A stretch of 63,996 nt of DNA, the filler included, from Sphacelaria rigidula (Eukaryota): NCBI GenBank assembly GCA_964200075.2. It is 3 parts of 3 records of this genome, joined end to end, with 100 filler letters (N's around TTAATTAATTAA, not from the genome) between each part and the next. Parts side by side here need not be neighbours in the genome. Positions count along the whole stretch, not along the records: positions 43,019 to 63,996 come from CAXNAA020000476.1; 2 more parts are not named here. The stretch is one strand, 5' to 3'. Below are positions 52,017 through 63,742 of this stretch, piece after piece. Numbering within the stretch: position 1 is the stretch's first letter; every line of letters starts with the position of its first letter. A model generated the notes under the pieces. That model was not told the DNA's origin, searched no databases, and saw only the letters and a list, made by a program, of their open reading frames with translations. The position numbers and the translations under genes are program-made.

Positions 52017-55000
52017 GGCCAACACGACTTTCAGCCGGAACCACGACCACAACCGCAACCGCTCGACTTCGGAGCGTTTGCCTACAAACCCGACAGAATG
52101 GACCAACAAGACATGGCCTCGGCACCTGAAACCATGAGCTGCGATCACGACAGCAGCAACACCGGTAATGGCAACGACGATAACAACGAATCCTGGTCGT
52201 TCATTCGTTCATCATCACAGCAACGCCCGTGGGGCGCGCCGCATGAGGGGGCGGCAACGACGAGGGCGGGGGGACGTGGCCAAGCGGCAGATTATCGGAG
52301 GAAGTGCAAAATGTCAGGAATCGGGGGTGGCGACCCAAGGCGTACCGGGGTTGGTGATGGAGGAATGGGTGGTGTAGAATCTACTCACGGCTTGGCTCAT
52401 CGTCAGGCGAGCTTGCTTCGGGGCATCGAACTATGTGTTTAGACGGTTTAGGGTAGGAACCTGTCCAGCGTTTGAAAGTTAGGATCAACGGTGCGATAAT
52501 GTTTGGGGTTGGGTTCTAGGGATGCTTGAGAATGTGCTGTCGATGTCTTGTTGTCCACCTTCGTAGCCCAGGTCCACCGTGCGACTTTCGTTCCCACCTC
52601 TATTTTCGTCGTTTTCGCGACAACCCGTACCGCTACACGTATTTTCCCTGTATTATTCGTGCTAATGGTTATCTAGAAGCATGAATACCCTCGTATTTGT
52701 ATTCAACGTGACCGTACTTATGCTATGTGGAACAGGGTTTGCCATAAATATGCCCCCTCTTGCTCCGTCTCGAACGGGGTGCGTGGTCGATGGTCAAACG
52801 ACTCAGGCAAGCAGCACATGGATACCTACACCCCTTCCCGCCCTCTTGCTTACAAAACCGCAACGCCTCAACAGCAATATCATGAACAACCTCCATCATC
52901 ACCAGCTACTAAGACCAACAGAAGCACCACCAGAAACGCACGGTCATGGGACGAGGTTACCAGTCAACGATATTCGAGACCGACCTACTCCGGTCAAAAC
53001 CCAAAAATCAACGGCAGCAGCACAGCAAGCGATGCCTGTGCTCCGCCTAGTAACAACGCCCACAACCGCCATCATCAGCAACAACAACAACAACAACAAC
53101 AACAACAGCAAGCGCTGTTTTCAGAGACACTGGAGGACTCTTACTGTCGCAGTGGTGATGAGGGTCGCTTCTTTGATCTGACGAAAGGGGTTATACCCGG
53201 GACCGATGACAGTGGTTGGGAAGGTGGCAGTGGCGGTGGAGAGCAAATGCGTTTCGTTTTCGATTCTACTGGGTTCGGACCACACCAGATGGTGAGTCAG
53301 GCGGGGGGGGGGGGGGGAACTCTGTCCCATACTACCATGAGAACACCGCGGGTACGATGCAGTTATGTTAGTTACATACACAGTAATCCGCTGAGTTGAA
53401 TTTGCTACAGGTCAGCTTTTTACTGAGAGTCTCCTAGTCTTTCTGAATCCTGCGTAGCGTGTGGCGAAACGAGAGCAAAACTAAACGTGAGCGTTGACTT
53501 TCAATTCGTCTATTGTTTCCTCATTGATACGTTAGCGGTTCGATTTACGCCCTGCGTCTGCCTCCTTTCGCTTCCCCGATTTTCATTCGACCCTTTCTCC
53601 CACTTCCAAAGCAGACTGGTCGTTCTGCAATCCAAGGCGTACATTTACAAGGCCGTACCCCGCAGCCACAACACAGGTCGATCAACGCAGACTCGGGCGA
53701 TCGGCGGACCCTGCCGCCTTTAGGAGCCTCGACTATTTCTACCGATGGACGTTCACATCGAGGCGCACATCAAAGTAGTAGCATTGACAACTCTGTTGGG
53801 TATGCGTCGCGAAATAACTGCGGCGGCGCTAACTCTGGGACGGTTATGGCCCCGGTTCCTAGAAGGTGAGGGGTGGACACAAGAGTATGCATCGCTTCAA
53901 ATCTTGCAATTCGTATAACCCATGAGCAAGTGAATCAAAATCTCATCGTGAGATCCTCTTTTTCTCGCTGTGATTTTGGTGTGCGCGTACACGAAGGCTT
54001 AGCTTGCGATTGTACGTAATTCTGTCGGATTTGACCAGTCCCATAAGATGCGGATTCAACGTGGTGTAGACCTTCACTTTTGGTTGGGTGGAAGACACAA
54101 CCAAAACACGTACTTCTTGTACTTACACACAGGTTTCGGGACGCCACAGCAGTTGCCTGCCGAACATTCCACCGTGGCAAGAGGAGGGAGACCAGTACTC
54201 AGTCGTATTGCATCGTTCTCAGGTCTTCGTTTGTCCACTAGCAGATGACGTTGGAGTATCTTGTACCACTCACGCGCTGCCCCCCGCCGTTCACGTCGTG
54301 ATACTAACCATTACGCTAACTCTGACTCTGACGCCAACTCTAATCCAAAACATCACATGCTTAGGCCGCATGCATCCCCAGTTCCGACTACTACATGTAC
54401 AGCTTACTCGTCCCGTGAACCTGCATCGGTACTATCATCCACTAGTATGACCACCAGCACCGCTGTCGCTGCGCCCGCCGTGGCGGGCAGGCGTCGCAAC
54501 AGAGAGGTCCCCGACGTTCACGTTCAGCGGAAATGTCCCTTTGGAGATTCCGGACATGATTTCGCCGCCCCGCTAGTGGCGAGTGATGGCGCCGCCATGG
54601 GAACAGAGGCGTTCGGCTTCCCTCCCTCAGCCTCTGGGTTGGCCCGCAATGCGCAAGAACAATGGACCAACTCGGAGGAGCGATCATACTCCACTACCGC
54701 GAGTTTGCGCGGTAGCTGTGTGGAATCACAAAGGTACCGAGATGACAACAATCAGTTCCTGAACCAGCGATATGAGCCGAAGGGCAGCGGCGAAGGGATT
54801 GCTGTTGGTGATGATGATGGTGGTGTCGGCGGTGGCGGTGGCGACGGCAGCGATGGTACTGATAGAGATGGAGGCGATGGTGGTGGTGGAGGATTGCAGG
54901 CAAGTGGTGGACAAAATTGGGGGAACATATACAGCATGACAAGTCAACCCGACAGCGCACGCAGCAACATGGGCAGTGTGGCTTCTGAAAGGGGACGTGA

Positions 55001-55082
55001 CGGGGGTGGGGGTGGGGGAAAAACCGACAATGAGGGAGGGGACGTGGCGAAAAAACTTGATTTCCATGAGTTGTTCGTTTGA
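43819..55082 (+). CDS. 3' part of a multi-exon gene: end of a Sec63-like domain, then a long low-complexity Gln/Gly/Ser-rich tail; possibly an HFM1/MER3-like Ski2 helicase. Exons read: 43819-43961, ~46024-46120, 46859-47340, ~48597-48777, ~49438-49642, ~50159-50272, ~50853-51010, ~51928-52406, ~52737-53292, ~53615-53865, 54365-55082
   Basis: Exon 43819-43961 reads GSLLLFRKVTSPGMHHASLPSEAVEQDLTIHLWLICSGVCGMDVVDIR, resembling the last strands of the Sec63 Ig-like module (..hhxxK....hxhxhhSxxxxGhD). Later exons have AG/GT ends and long open frames ending DFHELFV*. No helicase motifs are seen in the window, and several internal phases did not reconcile. Confidence 0.5.
44627..44922. repeat. ~150-bp tandem duplication (2 near-identical copies)
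   Basis: gtgtcacgctcggtc.aaacgagtat...gaaaaatgaata occurs at ~44629 and ~44779. Confidence 0.92.
51833..51895. repeat. 27-bp tandem repeat x2.3 (CCCAACACCTGGCTACTATATCGAGCC)
   Basis: Direct reading. Confidence 0.9.
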
Positions 55083-56849
55083 AGTCCATTAGGGAGGAGT
55101 CACGGTTGTGGCTATCTGCGGTATGCTGCAGATGGTCATTATTCAAACGGTGATGCTCAGTAGGGTTGTATTCAGGGGTGGGTGAAGAGGACCGAGGAGA
55201 AAGCAGTATGGCTGGCAAGTATGTGCGTTGCACCCCATGTTCTTGAGCACCGAATGGGCTGTAAATTTAATCGCGAGGGGCTTGCGTTGGTCTCCGATGA
55301 TAGTGTCGTGTGTGTGCTCTGAGGGGAGAGGGATGAAGTGAGGAGATATCATCAGATCCATCATGCATCGCAAGTTGTGTACAGTGGAATGGAATTACGC
55401 TGTTTCTCGTTCTCATCTATAAAGGCATGGTTCTTTGCCATGACCCAAGCGACACATGTCGGTTTTGTACATTTCGTTGATTTACTCGTGAATTTTTGGT
55501 CGACAACAGAAGGCACACGAATCTTGAATTTCCAGCCTATGCTTGCATATACTGTAGATTCGGTTGTTCGGAGAAACCAACTTGATATCACTGTGCTTCA
55601 GGTCATTTTAGGGTGTGTGCTTTAGTCGAAATGACGAGATGAACACGAAAATCCTTGGACAAGAAGCGGCAGCTGTGCTCTGGTGTTGGGTACAAAGAAT
55701 CGAAGGAAAATAGAAGGATCTGTATAATGTGTATCTTGGGGGCGATGGGGAGGGGGGTGCATTGCATATATAGTTTTTACCACACGTTTGTTTTAGGTAG
55801 CTGTTGCAGTAGTGATTGTACCCCCTTCATCTGTCCTCAGGCTTAGCCGTGAGGACAGCAAAGAACGATCAGAGTCCCATGCTGTACGAAAAGTCTATTT
55901 TTTTTACGGAATTCACGCAGGCTCACACAAGTTCAGTCATGGACGGCAGTCAGCAAGCACAACACCAACAGTAGAAGGGACTGTGGAGCTGGTCGTGGTT
56001 TTGATCAAGTTCACAGTCACCCTGTTTGCAGTGAAACAGTGTCGCATCACGACTACAATCCAGGTCAGAGATGGGCCTAGGTTGTCATTTACTTCATGAC
56101 GATTACGGGCAGGCTCGACCTTTACACTCGAAGTGTTTTTCATGCGCATGGGGAGAGGTCGGGTCATACTTAGGTTCGGTCATATCGAGTAAAACTTTCT
56201 GGCATCGTGAAGGCGCCGTTTTGGTTCGGCTTGCCCAATGCTTCAGGTTTATACGCACTCGGGTAGCCCCTCAGCTTTTTTTATTCAATCAAGATTTTGA
56301 TCAGACTTCGAATCATCGTGGAAGATAGAATGGAGTAAGATTAATTTTTCAGTTGCGACTAGGGCCAGGGCTTGTCATGAGGGTTAGCGTTTGAGTTGTG
56401 TCCGGGTTTTGGGGTATTTAGAGCTACGTTTAGGGTTGTGGTCAGCTACTCGAACATTACCTGAAATCATGAAACATTCTGGGGGAGTTCAATGTACATT
56501 ATGGAGATGATATCGAGATTTTGTACATTACGTTAGGGCATGCAGCATGACAATGTGAGCAGACAGCCGTGCATCCAGCTGCATGCTGCTGCTTGGTTAG
56601 AACAATATTTCCATCCGAGATTTGTTCGTATGATTATCACAGTGTTGATCAGGAATATCGTGAGATTGTCATGTGTACGACTTATGTGCTGAGGGGTGTT
56701 GCAGTAGTTTGGTATCAATCAGCGGAGTCGATCTGTGCAGTGGTATCGTCGTTGTCGCTGCATTCGGTGAGGAATACCTGGAGTCAGTCTACTTTGCACG
56801 ATCATTTGAGGGACATACGAAAAACATGTGGATATAGTGACCGTGATAT

Positions 56850-58228
56850 CTAAACTGAGGCGTTCTCGTCCATCAAATTTGTTGCAGAACGTCGCCAAGT
56901 CAGATGAGGGGCCAGTTCGAACTCAGGTTTATTTGGAAGAAACATGAAAAAATCAATCAGTTTCGCATCACTCACAACAAGAGTTTCAACAGCAATTTCA
57001 GCCCTCCGTACGGGCTCCGTCATCATCCTGTCCACCTGCGCGGTATTCTTTACACTATCCCAACCTCGGTGCACTTTTGAGACCTCATGCCTCAAATCTC
57101 GCCTACAGTGGACACGCAACAAAAGCCGCAGCAGAATGTTCCGTGGCAGAATGTACAATTGACGTACACACCCGAAAATATCACACAACGCCCCCTTTGG
57201 AGCATGACTTACGTACACTCGAAGCAACCTGTACAGTATTTTGTTGTGAAACAGCTGAACAGATCTTCAAAATCGTTTCGCCACAAACAGCCTACACCTC
57301 CCTCCTTCCACCTAAACCTATAGCCCCCTCCCGCATAGGTTGTCCATTCCCCCTCGTTGAGGTAGCCCCGGAAGGAGGAGTTGGGAGAAGGTGGAGGACA
57401 TCAGGGCGGAAACCTAAGCGCCGCCGCGGGGGGACCGTTTTCCATCCTTGACGTCCTTCGGGTTGTGGTACGCCGCGAGTCGCTCCTTCAATATCTCTTC
57501 GCACGGGCCCTGTGGGTTAGCGGCAAACACACACGACAAGGGGATTCAGAAGACGACCTTGACTTGCTTTGACAAAAGATGTGATGTACATTTTACCATT
57601 GTACTGCGAATCTTTTTGAGGATCTTTACGGCAGGACCAAGACAACCTGCGTGAACCTATGAACTTAAGTCACCACAACGAAGTTTGCGCTTGCGTGGCG
57701 AATGGACCACATTTTTTTGTGAATAGAGGGCACTCCTTAGCAGCCAAAGCGTCAAGTTTCAGCGCCGAACTGAATGTCAAAACTGCGCAATGATGGAGGC
57801 GCTGTTGGACATTTTGTCTTTCAACCCCTTGACCGCCAGCTCCATGTCGGAACAATGTCACCGGCCGACGCTGAAGGGTTTCCTATCAGGGGGGGTTGCG
57901 TTTTGAGATGGGGCGTGCGGATTTCTAAATCGTCGTGAGAGGTTTCCCAGACCGACCACACGTGTTTCCAGGAAGTCCTCACGTCGGGCAACAGACCTGA
58001 ACGGAATGGAGCCACCATTGTGACAGTTTTGACTGATCGAACGATCCATCCTGTTCTCCTACAAGTCGTCCGAAATTACCCACTGTACGGTCAAGCTGTA
58101 TTTGACCACGTCTGGAATGACCGCTTGGCTATGGGATCACACGATTACCGGGAGTGCTTTGTGCCCCGTGCGCAGGTTTGGCGACCTGTTTACCCTCTCT
58201 TGCGCTGTCAAGATAACTTCATCCTGAG
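56850..58228 (-). pseudogene. Last three exons of a decayed gene of unknown function (58228-57862, 57509-57318, 57102-56850); further exons probably lie upstream, towards ~61400
   Basis: Three segments with YAG acceptors and GT donors whose phases join (1>2, 2>2, 2>stop). The joined frame contains TGA and TAG in the first segment and two TGA in the second; the terminal exon is open (RDLRHEVSKV...DENASV*). Confidence 0.45.
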
Positions 58229-58620
58229 CTGTTAATCTTGTCGAAGATTGTATAGAGATGAGCATAGCTTACAGCAGACTATGTGCAGCATAGTAGAGCG
58301 ATGATACGTCGTTCTGTATGTTTGTGTTTAGCCGTCGATGAATGAAGTTTGGGTGTGTGCCGGGAAGTAGTACAGGTAGTACACTGCGGCTGAAACGATG
58401 TGACGTTCGTGAGGGATCACGGAATGCTCAATGGTTGTGAGCACTGCCCCGAAGGCGCCAAGACTGTGGAAGCATGAATAAATAGTTTAGTGTTTAAGTA
58501 TATCGCGCCAGTAGCATTGATGACCGGCGGGCACCACAAGCAAAAGCTTGAAGTAAAAGTATGTACTCAACAAGAAATGGTTCAGCAACGACGCACACCC
58601 CTTGTCTTAGCTCCAGGCCA

Positions 58621-59295
58621 GTTAGAGATTCTTCCAAGAAGGTGTCAGGTAGGGTATACCCGATATTTTGACATTTTGAAGAGTGGAAATTCCATTCATG
58701 TCCACAGCAGCAGCCGGCCCAGTGTTGTTGTTTCCCTCTCCAAAAACAGCCGATCATCGAATCAAGGATGAGGCTTTCCATTAAGGATTTTAACCCGGAA
58801 AACCAAAACCTTCGCATCCACACCAATTCTTCGAGATATCGTTTCATTCCTTCATCTGCTGGTATCCTTCGACAACTTCTATACGCTGTAAAAAAATGGA
58901 TTTCGATGACGAAATTTGGGGGTCCTAGGTAAAGAAGAAAATGTTGGGAATTCAAGTGATCCGGTTGGATCAACTGAATTCCGAAGAACTATTTTTTCAT
59001 CTAGGATCCCCGAATTCCGGCCTTCGGAATCCAAATTAATATGGCGTGTAGTAGTGGTCAACAGTAACCAGCAGGTGAAGGAATGGAACCATATCTCGAA
59101 GAATTGGCGTGGATGCGACAATTTTAATTTGTCGGGTGATCATTCCCGATGAAAGACCCATCCTCAGTGTCGATGATCGGCTGTTCAAAGCCCATACAAG
59201 CCGTTGTCACTGACTTAGCAGGTGATGTACGACTTTTCAAAGGACCGAAATATCGGGTATACCCTACCCGACACGTCCTTGGTTTCTTCTCCAAC
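58621..59295. repeat. ~675-bp imperfect palindrome with a 4-nt loop (GATCC-GGTT-GGATC); foldback element or hairpin-RNA locus
   Basis: gtagggtatacccgatattt (58649) pairs with aaatatcgggtataccctac (59248); aacagccgatcatcga (58745) with tcgatgatcggctgtt (59170); ccaattcttcgagatat (58823) with atatctcgaagaattgg (59091). Confidence 0.9.
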
Positions 59296-61444
59296 GTCTA
59301 CCATTTAATGTAATTAGGCGTGCTGCTACTCGAAAAGGAGCAATAGTTACCGAACCCCAATTGACCGCGGATGACTTTGGTCGAGCTGTGTGGAACTCGC
59401 GGTCAGGGGGTTGAACGTGACGAACACACATATGGAAGAATAATGTTTCGTCTCCAGCATAATATTGCGGAAATGGCTCTCTTTTTCGGTATTCTTTACC
59501 TGATTCTCTCCTTTTGGACATCATTGCAAAAATCCCCCGGGGGCCTTTTTCAGTAAGCTTGTTCGTCGGCTAGAGGCGGATCATTTTTTGTTCGGTACAC
59601 ATCACGAATGCTCACGGTCTTCCTGCGTGGGTGACCACGTCCACATCGTGATCTCAGGAGAGATTTTCCTACAACCGTAGTACAATGGTACGGAAGTACA
59701 ATGAAGCTCTTCATACCCTTCGCCATTCCTGCGACCCGCCTAAGTTTGACGGTTGCAATGGTACTGCGGTGTGTGAGGCCGATTTCTAGCCCGCGCCTTT
59801 TTGATCGCGTGGCGGACGGTCGTATTGGCGACGCCGCAGCGACAAGGGGGTGGATCCCTCGCGGGTAGGTTCGCGTGGTAATTGTCCCCTCCACTCTCCA
59901 CATATAAACACCTAGAAGACCACCGTGATGCCGCAGAACGAACAACCACGGGGTTGATGCGCAATGTTGCGGCCACGCGCGCATGAAGAGATACAGAGAA
60001 CCCGATGAGTGGATTCGAGTTTGTGCAGGGGGAGGGGAGGGGTGTTCAGCTCATGGTAACACCTTGCTCGAAATCTGGCGATTGCGAGAAACGGAACACT
60101 CAAAAATCGGGGGTTGGAAGCATAGCTACGAGCCCAAAACTCTCTAACCTTTTTATCGAGTAAAGTCGAGAGAGAAAACGGATATTGAATCCTTCGGCCA
60201 CAACCAACTGCGGAACCTTTGCTACTGAAATGTTGGTGCCTGACTGCCAAGTCACATATGTGCGCCGTAGCATACATTAGCACCAACAAACATGCTTGTA
60301 GTGAAAAACTCAAATATGAACGAGAGCGTGAACGTATGCAGTCAAAGTCGTAGTTAGTACTTTTTGTATTGCCCATATAGAAGTGGCTTAAATCCCCCGG
60401 TCACGTCGGGATTCAATTTCCGGCCGAGGAGAGTCACCTTTACCACATGTCGGTTGAACACATCGCGATAACACCCAGAGTCACACGCATGAGTGCGTGA
60501 CCCCATAGAAGGTGCAGTTGAGGATGAGACTTCGGCAGAAAACATGTTCCTGGAATGAAAACGATCGTAGCTCAAGTGCATACGTTTCGGAAAGCTTCAC
60601 GTCTCCATATCATCTATCTGTACTTCAGAGCAATCGTCCTCATCAGGACATGTCTAAGGTAGCTGGCCATGACTGAATATTTTCATGGAATGGTGGTGTG
60701 CAGAACGAAGTTAACAATATCCACAGTAAGGTCACTCAATTCGCAGTCATGTGAGACGTGAAGGGGAAAATAAACAAAGAAAATTCATTGCACGAATGCT
60801 GATAAAGCATGGCCAGACTGACAGTATACAAGAAGTCAAAATTCTCTTCTACTCGTGATAGACTTGGTTTCGGGCGCCCTATGACGCTTCGGACCTTGTC
60901 CCTCGGGGATGAATGTCCATGGCGCATCGACATTACATCCCCGAAGTTCAAACACACGGTGAAATCGTCCAGGAAGAACGAGCCATGTCCTCGGATGTTT
61001 GCCGGGATACCGTTTGGGCAAACCTTCTGTGTTTGATCGCGCCGCATTCAGTCAAATCACCTTCTTTCTCAAGCTATTTCGTGGTAGTTCTTCGTAGTCA
61101 GGGTAGTCGTATGCCAAGTCTGCGGACAATCGTAGTTATTCTCAACACGTCGTGGCAAATGTTCTTTGCACAACACCATATGCTGTCCTTCCTCTCTTGA
61201 ACGGAAACATCGTCGTTTCACCGACCTAGCGCCACGTGCAGGCAGCACTGTCGGTACGGCCATTGAGAAAGTACGACCTTCCTCAAGAACATCTAATCCA
61301 TGGCTCGGTGCGCGGTTCAAAGAATCTATGGCGGGTTCTAACACTCGTAGCCGCACTGCTCTTGCTGCCCAATACGTGACCACCGTGTGTCATTTCACTG
61401 TCTCGTATCGTCTTGCATGCTCCGTCTAACAGTAGACTCTCGAA

Positions 61445-61801
61445 AATGGGGTTCAACTCAAAATCTGTACTTTTCCTGACCTAATTTCATGACAAACGAT
61501 TTTCATACGGACGACCTCATTCCTCCCGACCTCCCTAAAACTATTTCGGGGGATTTCTGGCCTTCCGTTCCCCCAAAGGGTATGTGCGAAAGCACACTAT
61601 TGCTCGATTTCGGGGTGAAAAAATGACGTTTTCACCCCAAAACTCGTGCTTTCGCACATACCCGTTGGAGGAACGGAAGGCTAGAATAGAAATCCCCCGA
61701 AATAGTTTTAGGGAGGTCGGGAGGGATGAGGTCGTCCATATCAAAGCCGTTTATCATGAATTTAGGTCAGGGAAAGCACGGCTTTTGAGCTGAGCCTCAT
61801 T
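61445..61801. repeat. ~357-bp palindromic element (MITE-like or pre-miRNA-like)
   Basis: The arms match throughout and include the perfect block cctcccgacctccctaaaactatttcgggggatttct / agaaatcccccgaaatagttttagggaggtcgggagg. Inner stem ggggtgaaaa..ttttcacccc. Confidence 0.92.
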
Positions 61802-61839
61802 CTCTTTCAATTCCATTTTCAAGAATCCACTGTTATCTG

Positions 61840-63030
61840 GTACATGGATATCCATCTGGAATATCCATATGAGGTTTGAGGGCCGTCGGGAAAATCTACC
61901 GGGGATATGGGCGTCCATCTGATTAGGAAACGTTTTTGAGGACATGGATCTTCATGTGGCCTATCAACCTGGGACGCGGGCGTCCATCTGCGATATCTGT
62001 CGGGAGTATCAATCTGCACGGTGCTCTACCAGCGCTGCAAACCCAGATGTGTTGTCATCAGCGCGCACGTTGTGCACGGGATGGGGCCGGGACTCGAGTC
62101 ATGACTGAATTTTGGGTCGCTAGATTCGGTTATTGGTCACACAGTTTCGTCTATAAGGTGGACTGACTCCAACACGTGAGATGATCCGTGTAGACGTCCT
62201 AGTTGGATGTCCATCTAGGATATCCCAGTTTGGATGACCACGTCCCACACGGGCTTCACAGATGGGCATCCCGATTGGATATCCCGGATGAGCCTCAGTA
62301 GTCTTCTTTTCTTGCCGCACTTTGAACCTTCCCCTTCCTCGGGACAAATCCGTGGTCTGGAGGGATCAACCCATCTCTCCACCGGTGCACGCCTTGCGTT
62401 TCAGTCTCGTGGTCTGGGTCAGCACTCCCACACCGCGTCAACTGTCGTCAAACAATCTCAGTCAACTACGCTTTGCTTAGTCACGTACTCACGCTCCCGC
62501 AAATACACAGTAGCCGGTCACCCCGGTGGCTCAGTTGGTAACCTCGGGACCTTCTGACGGCTTGTTGGGGCGTGGGTTCAATTCTAGGAGCGATCTGGGA
62601 TTTTTTCTCACACCATGCCCAACAGTGGAGAGCGACTATGTCGTGGGTACACAAACATTCGACTTAACGGTCGACGAGGGAAAGGGACTGCTGAACCCCT
62701 CTCGGGATAAAAAATAGAGGCAAGCACCGCAAAAGGAAGGTGGGGTACTAAAAACAAAAAACAAAAAAAGCTCCTGTGTTGACCTTCCTCCTGTGTGACT
62801 CCGACTGGTGCGCCCACGTATACCGAAAGATGTAGACCGGCGCCCAGAGTAGATGGCACGACAACACACACATACAACACACACAGTACCCTTCTCAAAT
62901 ACAGTACTATGTTCCCTGATCGTATCCATGTTGTAAATGGATTTCCACCTACGACATCATGGCCTCCCACATGGACGTGAGATCCCAGATGGGCGTCCCA
63001 GATGGATATCCGCATCTCAGATGGAGCCTG
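61840..63030. repeat. Degenerate repeat built of (G)GATGTCCATCT / AGATGGGCATCC motifs, interrupted by SINE copy 2
   Basis: The motif recurs in both orientations at ~61847-62000, ~62205-62290 and ~62985-63025. Confidence 0.55.
62513..62880 (+). mobile_element. tRNA-derived SINE, full length (copy 2)
   Basis: gccggtcaccccggTGGCTCAGTTGGtaacctc...GGTTCAATTC, body homologous to 22243-22608, (CA)n tail, flanking direct repeat ACACAGTA (62505-62512 / 62881-62888). Confidence 0.88.
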
Positions 63031-63684
63031 CGCGACATTGAAAAGTTCCTGATGAATTGGGGTGTGGACCGTGGTAGATTACATGCTTTGTTCAATATAA
63101 TATGGGGGTGTTTCCTCGAACGGTTATTGCAATTACTCGACACTCGCGGCTCCATGAGGATTGTAGAGATGATTGAATCGATCACGTCAACTGTGCGCAT
63201 CTCTGGGTGCGCGCAAAACTTCTTCAACATCCAGGTATTGTAATATAGTTTACAAGCATCGTTACAAAAACAATACAGAAATGTACTGTGAGGCAACGTG
63301 ACGGCAGGTGGTCTGGGGGTGTTTCGATAGTGACAGGGTCTTTCGGCAATCTCAATAGCTCGAGTTCCTGCTTCTTTTGCGTCATACAGTATAAAGCGGA
63401 TCAGAGGTCAAGTCGTCGATGTTTAGCGGGATACACTTACGAGTTACGACACGTGTATCGCAATTGGTGCCGCATCACAACAAGAATGTTTATCTCTATG
63501 TGGAATAAACTACATATTTTAGATGCACCTTTACCTTGCATGGGGATACTGAAGTACGGTGTGTGGCTCTACGGTGCGGAGGAATACACTTGCTATCAGC
63601 ATCCCGGATCCATCAGTAGGCGAGAAGACACGAAGCTCTTTCAGTATACCACGGAGGCATCACTTCAGCGCGGTCCATTCACGT

Positions 63685-63742
63685 TACCGGAAGGTGTAGA
63701 CCGGCGTCCAGAATAGATGGGACGACAACACACACACTCACA
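63685..63742 (+). mobile_element. 5'-truncated copy of the same SINE (3' end only)
   Basis: taccggaaggtgtagaccggcgtccagaatagatgggacgacaacacacaca matches the SINE 3' end; flanked by the 9-bp direct repeat CATTCACGT (63676-63684 / 63743-63751). Confidence 0.85.

Noticed and set aside
51820..52148. Poly-Ala and poly-Leu/Arg ORFs
   Set aside because: Alternative-frame and antisense readings of the (GCC)(GCA)(CAA) tract that encodes poly-P/Q in the + strand exon.
56355..56440. Interstitial telomeric repeat (also ~37945-37972 and ~52445-52520)
   Set aside because: Only isolated degenerate TTAGGG-like words; no real array.
29002..58228. Selenoproteins or stop-codon reassignment to explain the many in-frame TGA
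   Set aside because: TAA, TAG and frameshifts also interrupt the same genes, no SECIS was identified, and the neighbouring CDC50 gene reads normally; decay is simpler.
57821..58235. Penelope linker (minus frame) or tyrosine-recombinase LCPV motif (plus frame)
   Set aside because: Only short superficial resemblances, with no RT, GIY-YIG or catalytic RHRY motifs nearby; a phase-consistent decayed exon explains the segment better.
60600..60660. Hammerhead ribozyme core (CTGATGAG on the minus strand)
   Set aside because: No stem II closed by GAAA at the required distance and no supporting stems.
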